Assembly (NCBI GenBank): GCA_937625935.1
Contig: OW569351.1
Location: 434,001-498,000 of the forward strand
Length of the DNA stretch: 64,000 nucleotides
Source: Tetramitus jugosus
Lineage: Eukaryota > Protista > Heterolobosea
Direction: 5' to 3'
Shown in pieces: positions 20,349 to 29,081 of this stretch. Below the pieces are notes generated by a model. The model ran no database searches, had not been told where the DNA came from, and was given only the letters and a program-made list of their open reading frames with translations. The position numbers and the translations under genes were made by a program. The number at the start of each line of letters is the position of its first letter. Within the stretch, counting starts at the first letter, position 1.

Positions 20349-22733
20349 TTAGCAAGTTCCCTTCACTCTCAAATTGCCATCCTTGCAGCAATAAACGTTT
20401 GGATTGTAGCAAGCTCCTCCGCATCGAGAGGTTCCTGTAGGGCACAACATCTTATCAATGCAAGTAAATGCTGCAGGGGAGTAGCACGCTCCGTTGCAAC
20501 AACTCATTCCACCTGGACAGCTAACACTCTGACAAGCTGTGTCCGTTGAGGATGGAGGAGGAGCAGGTGTAGGAGCAGGTGTTGGAGCAGGTGTTGGAGC
20601 TGGTGTTGGAGAAGGACTTGGTGAGATGGTTGCTCCGTCAATGTCTGCAAATGGATTGGCTCTCTTTGCTTGTCCATTCGATCTTGTGTACAACCAGTAC
20701 AATGTGTTGGTCCTTGTATTTCCGTCATCATATCCAGTCAACGAGAGGATTCTTGATGTTGCACCATTCACATCAAAGTTGGCTTGTGCAGACAACAGAA
20801 CACCCAACCATCCTTGAGCAGCAGTACCATAGGCATTCTTGAACACTTGATAACTTTCTCTGACCCAGTTTGGATCAAGGAGATCTTCAGCAATTGGAGT
20901 AATAGGAAGCATTTGGATTCCGTGGATGAACTCTGTGTTTGCTCCAAAGAATGTTGCATAATCGACCTTGGTCTCCCACAAAATACCAACAACCTTGTTG
21001 CTATTGAATGGAGCATCGTAGATATCATCAGCCGATTTGATATGCCAGTACTTTTGAGCGGAACGAATCTCAGTTTGAAGCAAGATTCTTCCCAAGTCCA
21101 ACAAGTTTTGATCTTGATAGACCAAACCGAGCAAGTACATTCCATAGTAAGCATTGACAGCCTCAGATGTTGATTCTTGATTTCTTGAATCAGCAAAAGC
21201 GAAAAGACCAGCAGCAAATGAGTGACCAACAAACCAGTCCTTGTTTCTCAATTTGGTGAAAGCAGGATCTGAAGAGCTTGGATTACCAAAATCTCTCACA
21301 ATTTCATAAATCTTTTGCTTGTTTTGAGAACCCCATGTCTGATCCTTCTTGATGATACAAGCAGCAGCGTACACAAAGTATCCATAATGGAAGTGATGAT
21401 CATTGTAATAGTATTGACCAAAGTCAGCTTCTGCGGAACCTACAGAGTTCTTACTGACGATACCACCATAGGTTTGTTCATAAACCATCTTGTTGTCTGA
21501 AGCAGTGTATCCAGCTCCTCCCAACCACTTGTTAAAGTATGTCTTCATGTTTGTTCTGACCTTGGATGCAATTGCTGTCTGTCCCAATTCATCTGCAATC
21601 AGAGCCAATCGTCCAAGTCTGGCAACAGCTTTTCCACCAAAGTATGGATCGATTGGTGCTGGATAAGAGTTTTGATCGCCTTGAAGAGCAGAAATGATAC
21701 TGTTCCTGGCAGCAGTGTTGACAATTTCATATCGACCGTAGAAGCCAATATCAGTGATCAATTTCTCATTCATGGTCCATGTGTCTCCAATGACTGCATC
21801 CATGTAACCCTTCATACCTCTGTATCTGATTTGTGGAGAAGCATAGTTTGGATTCTGGATAATGTCTCTGTGGTGAGGCAATGTGAACATCATCAATGTT
21901 CCACTTCCCTTCTTTTGCCAGTTGAATTTGATTGAAGCGACATCATTGCTCACAGTATAGGTCACTGTACCTCCCGATGGATAGGCTGTGCTATAGGTAT
22001 CAAACAATGATTCTTGGGTGGATGGATTGGCAACCATAGCAGCTCTCAACCAACCATTGAATCCACCAGTGGCAGTCAGAGTGTTACCGGCTCGATTGAA
22101 TGTGATGGAAGATGAAGCATAGATGATCCACGTCTGTCCATTGTTCAATGTCAGTTTAAACTTGGTTCCAGACAAAGAGCTAACACTGAGAATCGCATGA
22201 ATTGTGGAGATCTTTGGAGTGAGGCCACTGTAGACCACAGTGTGATAGGTTTGACCTCTCACAATTGGACTACTCATGTAATTGCTTCCAGAATTGAACT
22301 GAACAGTGACTGAGAGATCATCGTGACTCGTAACGACACGTTGACCCACAGACTGAGTGGCACCCATGCTCAAATTATCAATCATTGAATTGAAAATGTA
22401 AGTTTGGGCGGTAGTTCTACCTGGATAGCACAAATTGAACTGGGAGTCAACACGAATCATGTAAGGGAAAGTAACAATTGGATTATTGCCTCCCAGGACA
22501 AGATTAATCCACCAGGTGTTGGTTGGATAAGGTCTCTTGTAATTGGGTCCCCAGTTGTTGGTTGGAGGGTACTTGTGGGTGCCAGAGGTATACTCAAAAG
22601 TGGATGAAGTAGTACCAAACGCATCGCCCAGGGCTGCATTGCATGCATCAGACATCAGTAACATTAACTGCGTAACAACAAGGAATGTGATAACTAGTTG
22701 GATCACTCCTTTACCAATTGTATTGCTTCTCAT
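20349..22733 (-). CDS. Secreted endo-1,3-beta-glucanase, glycoside hydrolase family 81, with Pro/Thr linker and C-terminal Cys-rich CBM52-like repeats
   Basis: ATG at 22733 plus signal peptide. GH81 motifs PYPTNTWW, DPYFGGK, YNDHHFHYGY, NQESTSEAVNAY and HGIQMLPITP. (PAPT)4 linker followed by CNGACYSP..FTC and CGGACYNPNVYCC repeats. Confidence 0.95.
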   Translation of the reverse strand: MRSNTIGKGVIQLVITFLVVTQLMLLMSDACNAALGDAFGTTSSTFEYTSGTHKYPPTNNWGPNYKRPYPTNTWWINLVLGGNNPIVTFPYMIRVDSQFNLCYPGRTTAQTYIFNSMIDNLSMGATQSVGQRVVTSHDDLSVTVQFNSGSNYMSSPIVRGQTYHTVVYSGLTPKISTIHAILSVSSLSGTKFKLTLNNGQTWIIYASSSITFNRAGNTLTATGGFNGWLRAAMVANPSTQESLFDTYSTAYPSGGTVTYTVSNDVASIKFNWQKKGSGTLMMFTLPHHRDIIQNPNYASPQIRYRGMKGYMDAVIGDTWTMNEKLITDIGFYGRYEIVNTAARNSIISALQGDQNSYPAPIDPYFGGKAVARLGRLALIADELGQTAIASKVRTNMKTYFNKWLGGAGYTASDNKMVYEQTYGGIVSKNSVGSAEADFGQYYYNDHHFHYGYFVYAAACIIKKDQTWGSQNKQKIYEIVRDFGNPSSSDPAFTKLRNKDWFVGHSFAAGLFAFADSRNQESTSEAVNAYYGMYLLGLVYQDQNLLDLGRILLQTEIRSAQKYWHIKSADDIYDAPFNSNKVVGILWETKVDYATFFGANTEFIHGIQMLPITPIAEDLLDPNWVRESYQVFKNAYGTAAQGWLGVLLSAQANFDVNGATSRILSLTGYDDGNTRTNTLYWLYTRSNGQAKRANPFADIDGATISPSPSPTPAPTPAPTPAPTPAPPPSSTDTACQSVSCPGGMSCCNGACYSPAAFTCIDKMLCPTGTSRCGGACYNPNVYCCKDGNLRVKGTC
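20560..20607 (-). repeat. 12-bp tandem repeat x4 encoding the PAPT linker
   Basis: GGAGCAGGTGT(A/T) x3 followed by GGAGCTGGTGTT on the + strand. Confidence 0.9.
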
Positions 22734-23082
22734 TACTGTATCGCTTCTTCTCAATTAGTGGTGAGTTGTTGTGTTTTATGTGAGTGTTGCTCCCGAAATG
22801 ATCAGTATAAATGTTGAACCCGATCCAGTATATCATCCAGATTCCCTAACACCAACATTATAATAAACACCAATTTGCTGAGATCGAATCTTTCTCTATC
22901 TTCTTTTACAAACGGAACCGTATTTGAATTTACTGGGATCTAATCGGCTGGCGGTTTCAACTGCAGTCGGAGTTGACAGGCGGAAGAATGTGCGGCAATA
23001 CAATCATTTTTTATAAAAAATGTCAACAAAGATTAGAATCACTTGGATGATTGGGATTTCAGCATCAAAGGAGTTGAACTGC

Positions 23083-23682
23083 TTAATTGTGACAAATATC
23101 ATCAAACTTGTATGTCTTTGGTGGTGAATCATTCATTCCACTCCACTTCCAACCTTCAACCATCTTGTTCTTCACAAAATAAGCTGAGGCACCCACTTTG
23201 GAGTACTCCCAACTGTCCTTTGCGTCCAAGTGATAGTATGCCCAATAGACACAATCTCCTCCCACGCGCATTTTCCCTTGCGACACTTCTTGCATGTATC
23301 TCTCATAATCCTTTCTCGTGATCAAGTTTTGTGTCAATGCTACGGATTGACACTGACAGAAGCATGATTGTTCAGGATAATTACAACCAGTACCATTGAT
23401 GGCACAAACACCAGCTCCCTCCTCGGTCACACTCAATGGAATGCCAGAGAGTTCCAACACTGTATACCCAGTTGCATCAGGATATTCGTTCATTGATATG
23501 TTGACGCACTTGACAATATCACCCAACTTGGTCTCAACAACGAGACCAACCTGGATATATTCATTTGCTGAATGGGCAGCAACACTCTTGCGTGTATGAA
23601 TCGTGTTTCTTCTTGGAGCAATACCTTGGACAATTGACAGGAGCAACAATAGCGCTACAGACAACAATACGAATGATCTCAT
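23083..23682 (-). CDS. Secreted protein resembling bacterial DUF4430/transcobalamin-C-terminal-like proteins
   Basis: Signal peptide, then GLVVE..G...KCV, TGYTVLELSG, VCAINGTGC.YP..SCFCQC, YWAYYH, WEYSKVGASAY and VEGWKW. This pattern resembles a bacterial family I recall from Chloroflexi/Actinobacteria. Confidence 0.7.
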   Translation of the reverse strand: MRSFVLLSVALLLLLSIVQGIAPRRNTIHTRKSVAAHSANEYIQVGLVVETKLGDIVKCVNISMNEYPDATGYTVLELSGIPLSVTEEGAGVCAINGTGCNYPEQSCFCQCQSVALTQNLITRKDYERYMQEVSQGKMRVGGDCVYWAYYHLDAKDSWEYSKVGASAYFVKNKMVEGWKWSGMNDSPPKTYKFDDICHN

Positions 23683-23945
23683 CGTGTGAATTGCAATATG
23701 AGTGTGTGAACGATAAAAAGATGTTTCGCGCTCAATCTATCTCATGGACCTGCAAAGGTCACACGTGTCCTCTCACAGGGGAATCGGGTAGAGCTTCATT
23801 TGATCAAAAGACATGGTGCGGGTGCGGTCCTTCTACCCTTGTTATTTTCCTGGAATTGGAAAGTTCACACACATTATCAGATTGTCCTTTTCTGTGCACA
23901 ACACACAAAATCACGAGAGCCAGACTTGAAGAAGAAGACATTGGA

Positions 23946-25769
23946 ATGTTGCATCAAGACGAATCTGTGAATGAAGATAGAATGTTACTTTCATCTTCGT
24001 CGTCACCATATGGTGCTCATGGAGACAATCAGAACCTGAAGACTAAATTTCTGTCATTCTTGGCGAGAAACCGTGTGTTTTCAGTGTGGACACTAGTAAA
24101 CACGCTGCTTGTGATTGTTGCATGGCTCTCCCTTTTGATTCTATCATCGCGAATCAATCGGGTCAGCAATCAGGCATCGAACAACAATAGTGTTGTGACT
24201 CGTGCTTTTGCACCTGGGCCGACTCTCACTGGTGCCTCACCACTCAAAGTCGGAGACATTGTGTCATTGAACAATAAGGGTCAATTGGTGAGAGGTGCAG
24301 GTATAAGCATCTACAGATTCACAAACGAGTTCCATCAGAAGAGGCCAGTTAAGCACCTACATTCGATCACGATGCCATCCAAGGCTGGTACAGGCAATGG
24401 AGGTGGTATTGTAGTTTGCTACAACGACGACACTTCAGCTTATTTGCTCTATGGAAGGTTAAACCCTGTGTCGAACAATATTGCATGGATGAATGAAGGA
24501 GTATCTCTGAAGACTCTTCACTTGAATCAGTGTGATCGATTTGAGAGGATGAGCGACAACGTGCTTGTGATACTCTCTGGAAAGAATTTGGTGCCTGTCA
24601 CCGTGACTGAATCTGAGCGTAATAAGCAATGGACTGCGACCTTCACATTTGGCAAAGTTCGACAATATCTGAGCAGTTATACAATTAGTCCTGAGTTGGC
24701 TGTTCTGTCACCTACCTCCGTTGCTCTGAGCTACTTTCATACTACTGCTGATGGAACCTCTATTGAAACTCTTGTGGCTCAATTGAGTGGCTTCTCTGAA
24801 AATTTAGAGTTCTCAATCTTGGATCAAGTCCGGTTCTCTGACGATCACATGTCTACTCAGATTATGGCTTTCTCTCCGACTGTATACGTTATTTGTCATC
24901 CTAACAACACTGCACCATTAGATTCTGGTGCTAGTCCTCTCTCGTGCTCTCCTATCAGTCTTAACAGCAAGAATAAGATTGTCATTGGAGAAGCAGTCTT
25001 CCTTGATTATGTTAAGATGGATTACTTTTTCGACATGGGACTACTGTCACAAAATAAGGGAGTTGTAGTATTCACAGATGAGACCATTGGAAATGGTATC
25101 AGGGCTGTTGTTGTTGAGCTTGTTGCCTTGGGTGATGGTAGTTATACCTTGGACTATGGATCATCTGTCATTGTTAACACTGGTCACTCCTCAGGTCCGC
25201 TCCCAACTGGAATATGGACCTATATCAACCTCGAAGTGCTTCGAGAGAACACCTTTGTTGTTGTTTACTGTGATCTGTCTAACGATGGAAGAGTAACTTC
25301 CATTATAGTGGAGTTGAATCAAGCTTCGAGTTTGTTGCTCTCTACGCCCGAGTTTGTCCTTTCATTGCCTAATCCAAATCTCAACAAGGATTACTACTGG
25401 ATAGATGTGTCTATCGTTGACCCATCCATGTTTATTGTAGTGGACTCTCTGACCGGTCCAGATTCTCAAGGTGGTGGCATGGTTAGTATCGGCGAGGTTA
25501 AGAATGGCGTCTTGGGTGTTGTCGAAAAGATCTCTGGCAGTAAGTACCAAGTCTCCCTGACTGGTGTCATCAAGGTCACCAAAACACTCACTCCAGGATC
25601 TACCTATTATTCAAACAGCAAGGGAGATATGATCATGGGCGGGATTGCCCACAGCTTCTCTCAAGAGAATCCACAGGGCTACATCACTCACAACTCTCAT
25701 ATTGTTTCTCATTCCTCGGCGATAGGCATTGCTGTCTCCACAAATGAAATACTCCTCAATCTGGAATGA
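23946..25769 (+). CDS. Type II membrane protein with beta-propeller-like ectodomain enclosed by a split phage structural-protein-like domain
   Basis: Likely ATG at 23946 (the longer ORF call overlaps the opposite-strand gene). One TM helix, repeated beta-strand blades, N-terminal LKVGDIVSLNNKG and C-terminal LTPGSTYYSNSKG...IGIAVSTNEILL. Confidence 0.75.
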   Translation: MLHQDESVNEDRMLLSSSSSPYGAHGDNQNLKTKFLSFLARNRVFSVWTLVNTLLVIVAWLSLLILSSRINRVSNQASNNNSVVTRAFAPGPTLTGASPLKVGDIVSLNNKGQLVRGAGISIYRFTNEFHQKRPVKHLHSITMPSKAGTGNGGGIVVCYNDDTSAYLLYGRLNPVSNNIAWMNEGVSLKTLHLNQCDRFERMSDNVLVILSGKNLVPVTVTESERNKQWTATFTFGKVRQYLSSYTISPELAVLSPTSVALSYFHTTADGTSIETLVAQLSGFSENLEFSILDQVRFSDDHMSTQIMAFSPTVYVICHPNNTAPLDSGASPLSCSPISLNSKNKIVIGEAVFLDYVKMDYFFDMGLLSQNKGVVVFTDETIGNGIRAVVVELVALGDGSYTLDYGSSVIVNTGHSSGPLPTGIWTYINLEVLRENTFVVVYCDLSNDGRVTSIIVELNQASSLLLSTPEFVLSLPNPNLNKDYYWIDVSIVDPSMFIVVDSLTGPDSQGGGMVSIGEVKNGVLGVVEKISGSKYQVSLTGVIKVTKTLTPGSTYYSNSKGDMIMGGIAHSFSQENPQGYITHNSHIVSHSSAIGIAVSTNEILLNLE

Positions 25770-26088
25770 TCCACCGTACAGTAAAAACTCCTGACACAGC
25801 CGTCAACCAAAGGTTCGAAAGATCTATTCTTGTCTTATCCCTTGCCTGAGAACGCTGACTCAACACAAAACAACCAAAGTAAGCTTGCATCATATTCACC
25901 TTGAGTAACATTATCACACTGAACAGAGTTTTGTTGAAGAGTCACATGTTGAACATCAAAAAGATTCCTTTTCTTCAGACGACACCCAACCAAAAGAATA
26001 TCTCAAACTCGAAGCGCGAGAAGAACAACACCAAGTCGAACAACAACAAGCTGCAGCAGAAAAAGAATCACTCCCCACACAAACAACC

Positions 26089-27450
26089 ATGATGATTTCT
26101 GATGAAGCTGAAGAGCACCAACAGCTCTCCACCCCTACAACTACCACTGCCACAGATTACGATGATACCTATCATCACCATCACCATCACCATCACCAAC
26201 AACAAGAAGAAGAACAAGTAGTTCACACAGAACAGAACAACATGACTTCTTCTTCTTATGATACGAGTCATGATGTCAATGACTTGATTGCTCAATTCCC
26301 AACCACCACCACCACCACCACTACTGACAATCATTATCACAATCATCACAATGATGACGATGATGACAAATTGGATCATTTCAGAGATGAACCACTTCAT
26401 CATTATGATGATGAACCATTCCAACAAGAACAACAACCACAACCATCCTATGAGAGTTGTAGTAGTAGCACTTTTCCATCAAGTAGTACTACTACAACGA
26501 CTGCTGTACCACCACCTCTTCCATCTCATCTCAAAATCAACAAGCAACAATCAGCTGTTTTTCCTCCCATTCCATCCAATTTATTGTCTCTTCAACAACA
26601 ACAACAAAAGCAACAACAAGTGTTACCCTTGTATTCCATTCAAAAAATATCAAACAACACTGGTTTAATCATACGATTCTATCAAATCAATGCTTCATTA
26701 CAGCTCAACTTGTATCATCCCTATGCTAGAATTGTGATGCAAAATGAGAGTACTGTTGGTGGTGGTGGTCTTTTTCAACAACCATCATCGAATGCGAGTG
26801 TTAATGGTGCTAATGGTGCTAGTGGTGATAATGACGATGAAAGTGATGAGAGTACATGTTCATTGTTGCAAAGTATTTGTGCAACGAGAATGAATCAAGA
26901 AGTGGTGATTGCATTCGCACATCCAAACACTGAACAAATGAGATTTGAAACAGTTGTCGTTCCATCTTCTAAACAGACAGGACTAGGAGTATCTACTATG
27001 TCTCTGTTTGTGAGATCGTTTGCATTGGTATGTGCCGAGTCACATGTTCAAATTTTGAAGATGAATGATGACAATAGCAATAATAATGAAGAGTGTCAAA
27101 TTGATTTCTCCATGAGTGGTCTCAAGAATCAATTCTATCGATTATCAGTAACTGGTGTTGGTGGTGTTAGTAATGATGCAAGTGTCGTGTTGGCTGTACC
27201 TGGTTCTCTGTACACTAAGATTCTTTGCTCTTCTCCATTGGCGGCCACAAGTCCATCTGCACAAGATGCACAAGGCAATATGGATGCATGGATTGTTCGA
27301 TCAGATCGATTGATTGCATTCGAATCGACAGTGATCGTATCCAGCGTGAGTGACAGTGGTAGTCGTACTGATCGACTTGTGAGTCCAGCAAGTGAGAGTT
27401 GTCCATTGGTGAGATTGAGTGGCAAGGGAAGAGTCTATCTATCCATTTAA
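26089..27450 (+). CDS. AIM24/TRAP-like domain protein with low-complexity His/Thr/Gln N-terminus
   Basis: The C-terminal half has AIM24-like segments (FYRLSVTGVG..VVLAVPGSL, WIVRSDRLIAFESTV, LVRLSGKGRVYLSI). Confidence 0.7.
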   Translation: MMISDEAEEHQQLSTPTTTTATDYDDTYHHHHHHHHQQQEEEQVVHTEQNNMTSSSYDTSHDVNDLIAQFPTTTTTTTTDNHYHNHHNDDDDDKLDHFRDEPLHHYDDEPFQQEQQPQPSYESCSSSTFPSSSTTTTTAVPPPLPSHLKINKQQSAVFPPIPSNLLSLQQQQQKQQQVLPLYSIQKISNNTGLIIRFYQINASLQLNLYHPYARIVMQNESTVGGGGLFQQPSSNASVNGANGASGDNDDESDESTCSLLQSICATRMNQEVVIAFAHPNTEQMRFETVVVPSSKQTGLGVSTMSLFVRSFALVCAESHVQILKMNDDNSNNNEECQIDFSMSGLKNQFYRLSVTGVGGVSNDASVVLAVPGSLYTKILCSSPLAATSPSAQDAQGNMDAWIVRSDRLIAFESTVIVSSVSDSGSRTDRLVSPASESCPLVRLSGKGRVYLSI

Positions 27451-27580
27451 GGTGGCGGTCTACTGTCCATCAAGCCATAATAAAAACATTATGATTTCCC
27501 GATAAGACACCTTAACGCTCCTACATAATCGGGACTTACATAGCTGCTTGATGGAGTGAGCCTTGGAGGTGTTCCACCAT
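27447..27580 (-). ncRNA. Structured RNA, candidate Fanzor omega-RNA scaffold
   Basis: Perfect stems at 27466-75/27546-55 (10 bp), 27497-503/27528-34 (7 bp) and 27476-81/27488-93 (6 bp). An 8-bp loop-to-end pseudoknot pairs 27508-15 with 27447-54. Confidence 0.6.
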
Positions 27581-27761
27581 TTTGATTAATTCTTTTGCGA
27601 CCTTTTTCTTCCTCTTGAAGGCATCGGGACGTGACTGTCCATCCATTTCTGTTCACAATTTAGCTATCCCAATTCAGTCTCTTCACCTTCGGATTGCAAT
27701 AAAAATTCAAACAAAAATCATTCTATACGACGAGCCCTATTTATACGAAGGAGTTGGTACC
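27451..27761 (-). mobile_element. 311-bp non-autonomous element flanked by TTAA; candidate Fanzor/TnpB-derived mini-element
   Basis: Boundaries TTAA(27447-50)|GGT...ACC|TTAA(27762-65). Minus-strand peptide remnants IVNR and MDGQSRPDAFKR. TATACGA direct repeats near one end and a structured RNA at the other. Confidence 0.6.
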
Positions 27762-27867
27762 TTAAAAAATCGCAATTTACAAGTCATATAATAATTGGTG
27801 GTTTTGAGTTGGGGTAGATGTTCGCTTTATTGTACAAGAAATGTGTGTCCACATTCTTTAGGGGAGG

Positions 27868-28299
27868 CTATTTGTGCCACACATATGCTGTATGGTAGTG
27901 TTGGTCACCAAAAGACCTGGTTTCAGATTCAACCAGTCCAAGTTTGCTGTAGAATCCACGTGCGCTCTCAACAGACCACACAATCAGATTCTGGGGCTGA
28001 TACTTTTCCATTACGTCCTTCCAGACTGCATCCCACAACGCACGACCAACTCCTGCTCCTTGATACTGTTTCTTTACGAACATGTTGTGTATTTCATACT
28101 CATAGAAAACTCCATCAGCTTCTTTGTGTACCGGAATCACTTTCCCTCCACGTGCCCAAGCTATAATCTGATTGTCTGATGCTTCAATGACATGGAATAC
28201 GAAATCTGGGCTAGCAAAACGAGGACGCCAGTTTAATAATCTGCCGCTTAACTCCTCTTCTATGAATGCTGCCAGAACTACTCCGCAAATTGGACGCTT
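27868..28299 (-). pseudogene. GNAT N-acetyltransferase, N-terminus missing (5'-truncated or unrecognised first exon)
   Basis: Motif A EIHNMFVKKQYQGAGVGRAL and motif B ARGFYSKLG. The frame stays open and GNAT-like up to 28299 but has no ATG upstream of motif A before a TAA at 28300-28302. Confidence 0.6.
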
Positions 28300-28408
28300 T
28301 TATTTCTTCTTTGTTTTCTCTGTTCTTCTCCTTGCGAACAGGTACCAGGAGGATAAAATCCGGGTTTGGATCACCTTTGTTTCCACAATCAATCAATTCG
28401 GGAAAAAG

Positions 28409-29062
28409 ATGAAAGTTCTTGTCACAATTGTCTTGTTGTGTAGTGTGCTCATCACATGTGTTTTAGCCCAACTACCATTCGTACCAAAGCCTCTCTTCAG
28501 AAGTGCAACTCTCGCTGCTCGTGCCAAAACTTCTGATGGACCAGATCAAATGACTGCTAATCTCCAAGTATTCCTTGATTCGAAGAACCAAAAGGTAGCT
28601 ATTCAAGCGACTGATGTTCAGTTCTTTGGGGGTCCACAAAGGTATTATGGAACACTCTTAATTGACTACAAGGCAAATAAGGAGTTTGCAATTTCAAACT
28701 TAAGTCCAGCTGGTTCCACTACTCTCAAATGTGAAGAATATGCTGTATTCAATGATAACTTTTTTGAGTTTAATAGTTTCGAACATGCTCGCTATGAGGG
28801 TCTCGCTGTCAGAGGTGGAAAATTGGTCTCTTTGTTTACTAATGTACTGATAAACATTGACCCAAGCACACAATTTGATTTTGCAGTTGCTTTGGATGCG
28901 TTTACTCAGGCGGTAACATTCGTTGAGGGTCAATTCTACCAGTTGAATGTTACAAGCTATGTGGAAGGAGTCTCTGATCCATCAGTGTTTGATGTCCCCC
29001 AAGGAATGAAATGTGAAAAGCATGGAGCACAGAACTCTCTCCTCAGAAAGCTTTGCAAGTGA
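28409..29062 (+). CDS. Secreted ependymin-related/LolA-fold-like protein
   Basis: ATG at 28409 plus signal peptide MKVLVTIVLLCSVLITCVLA. About 200-aa beta-rich body ending in SDPSVFDVPQGMKC, a C-terminal pattern typical of EPDR-like proteins. Confidence 0.65.
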   Translation: MKVLVTIVLLCSVLITCVLAQLPFVPKPLFRSATLAARAKTSDGPDQMTANLQVFLDSKNQKVAIQATDVQFFGGPQRYYGTLLIDYKANKEFAISNLSPAGSTTLKCEEYAVFNDNFFEFNSFEHARYEGLAVRGGKLVSLFTNVLINIDPSTQFDFAVALDAFTQAVTFVEGQFYQLNVTSYVEGVSDPSVFDVPQGMKCEKHGAQNSLLRKLCK

Positions 29063-29081
29063 ATATTCAGCTTCTGAGAAA

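Noticed and set aside
23565-23945. Long N-terminal extensions from TTG/GTG starts in the ORF track (also 1705, 3454, 7249, 28172, 33061, 52356, 57626)
   Set aside because: Eukaryotic initiation is expected at a downstream ATG, which in several cases places a signal peptide at the N-terminus and removes gene overlaps.
27488-27540. SECIS element or riboswitch (cobalamin/TPP) interpretation of the structured RNA
   Set aside because: No correctly placed UGAN/NGAN quartet and no in-frame UGA in the upstream gene. The conserved riboswitch cores are absent apart from a loose B12-box-like stretch.
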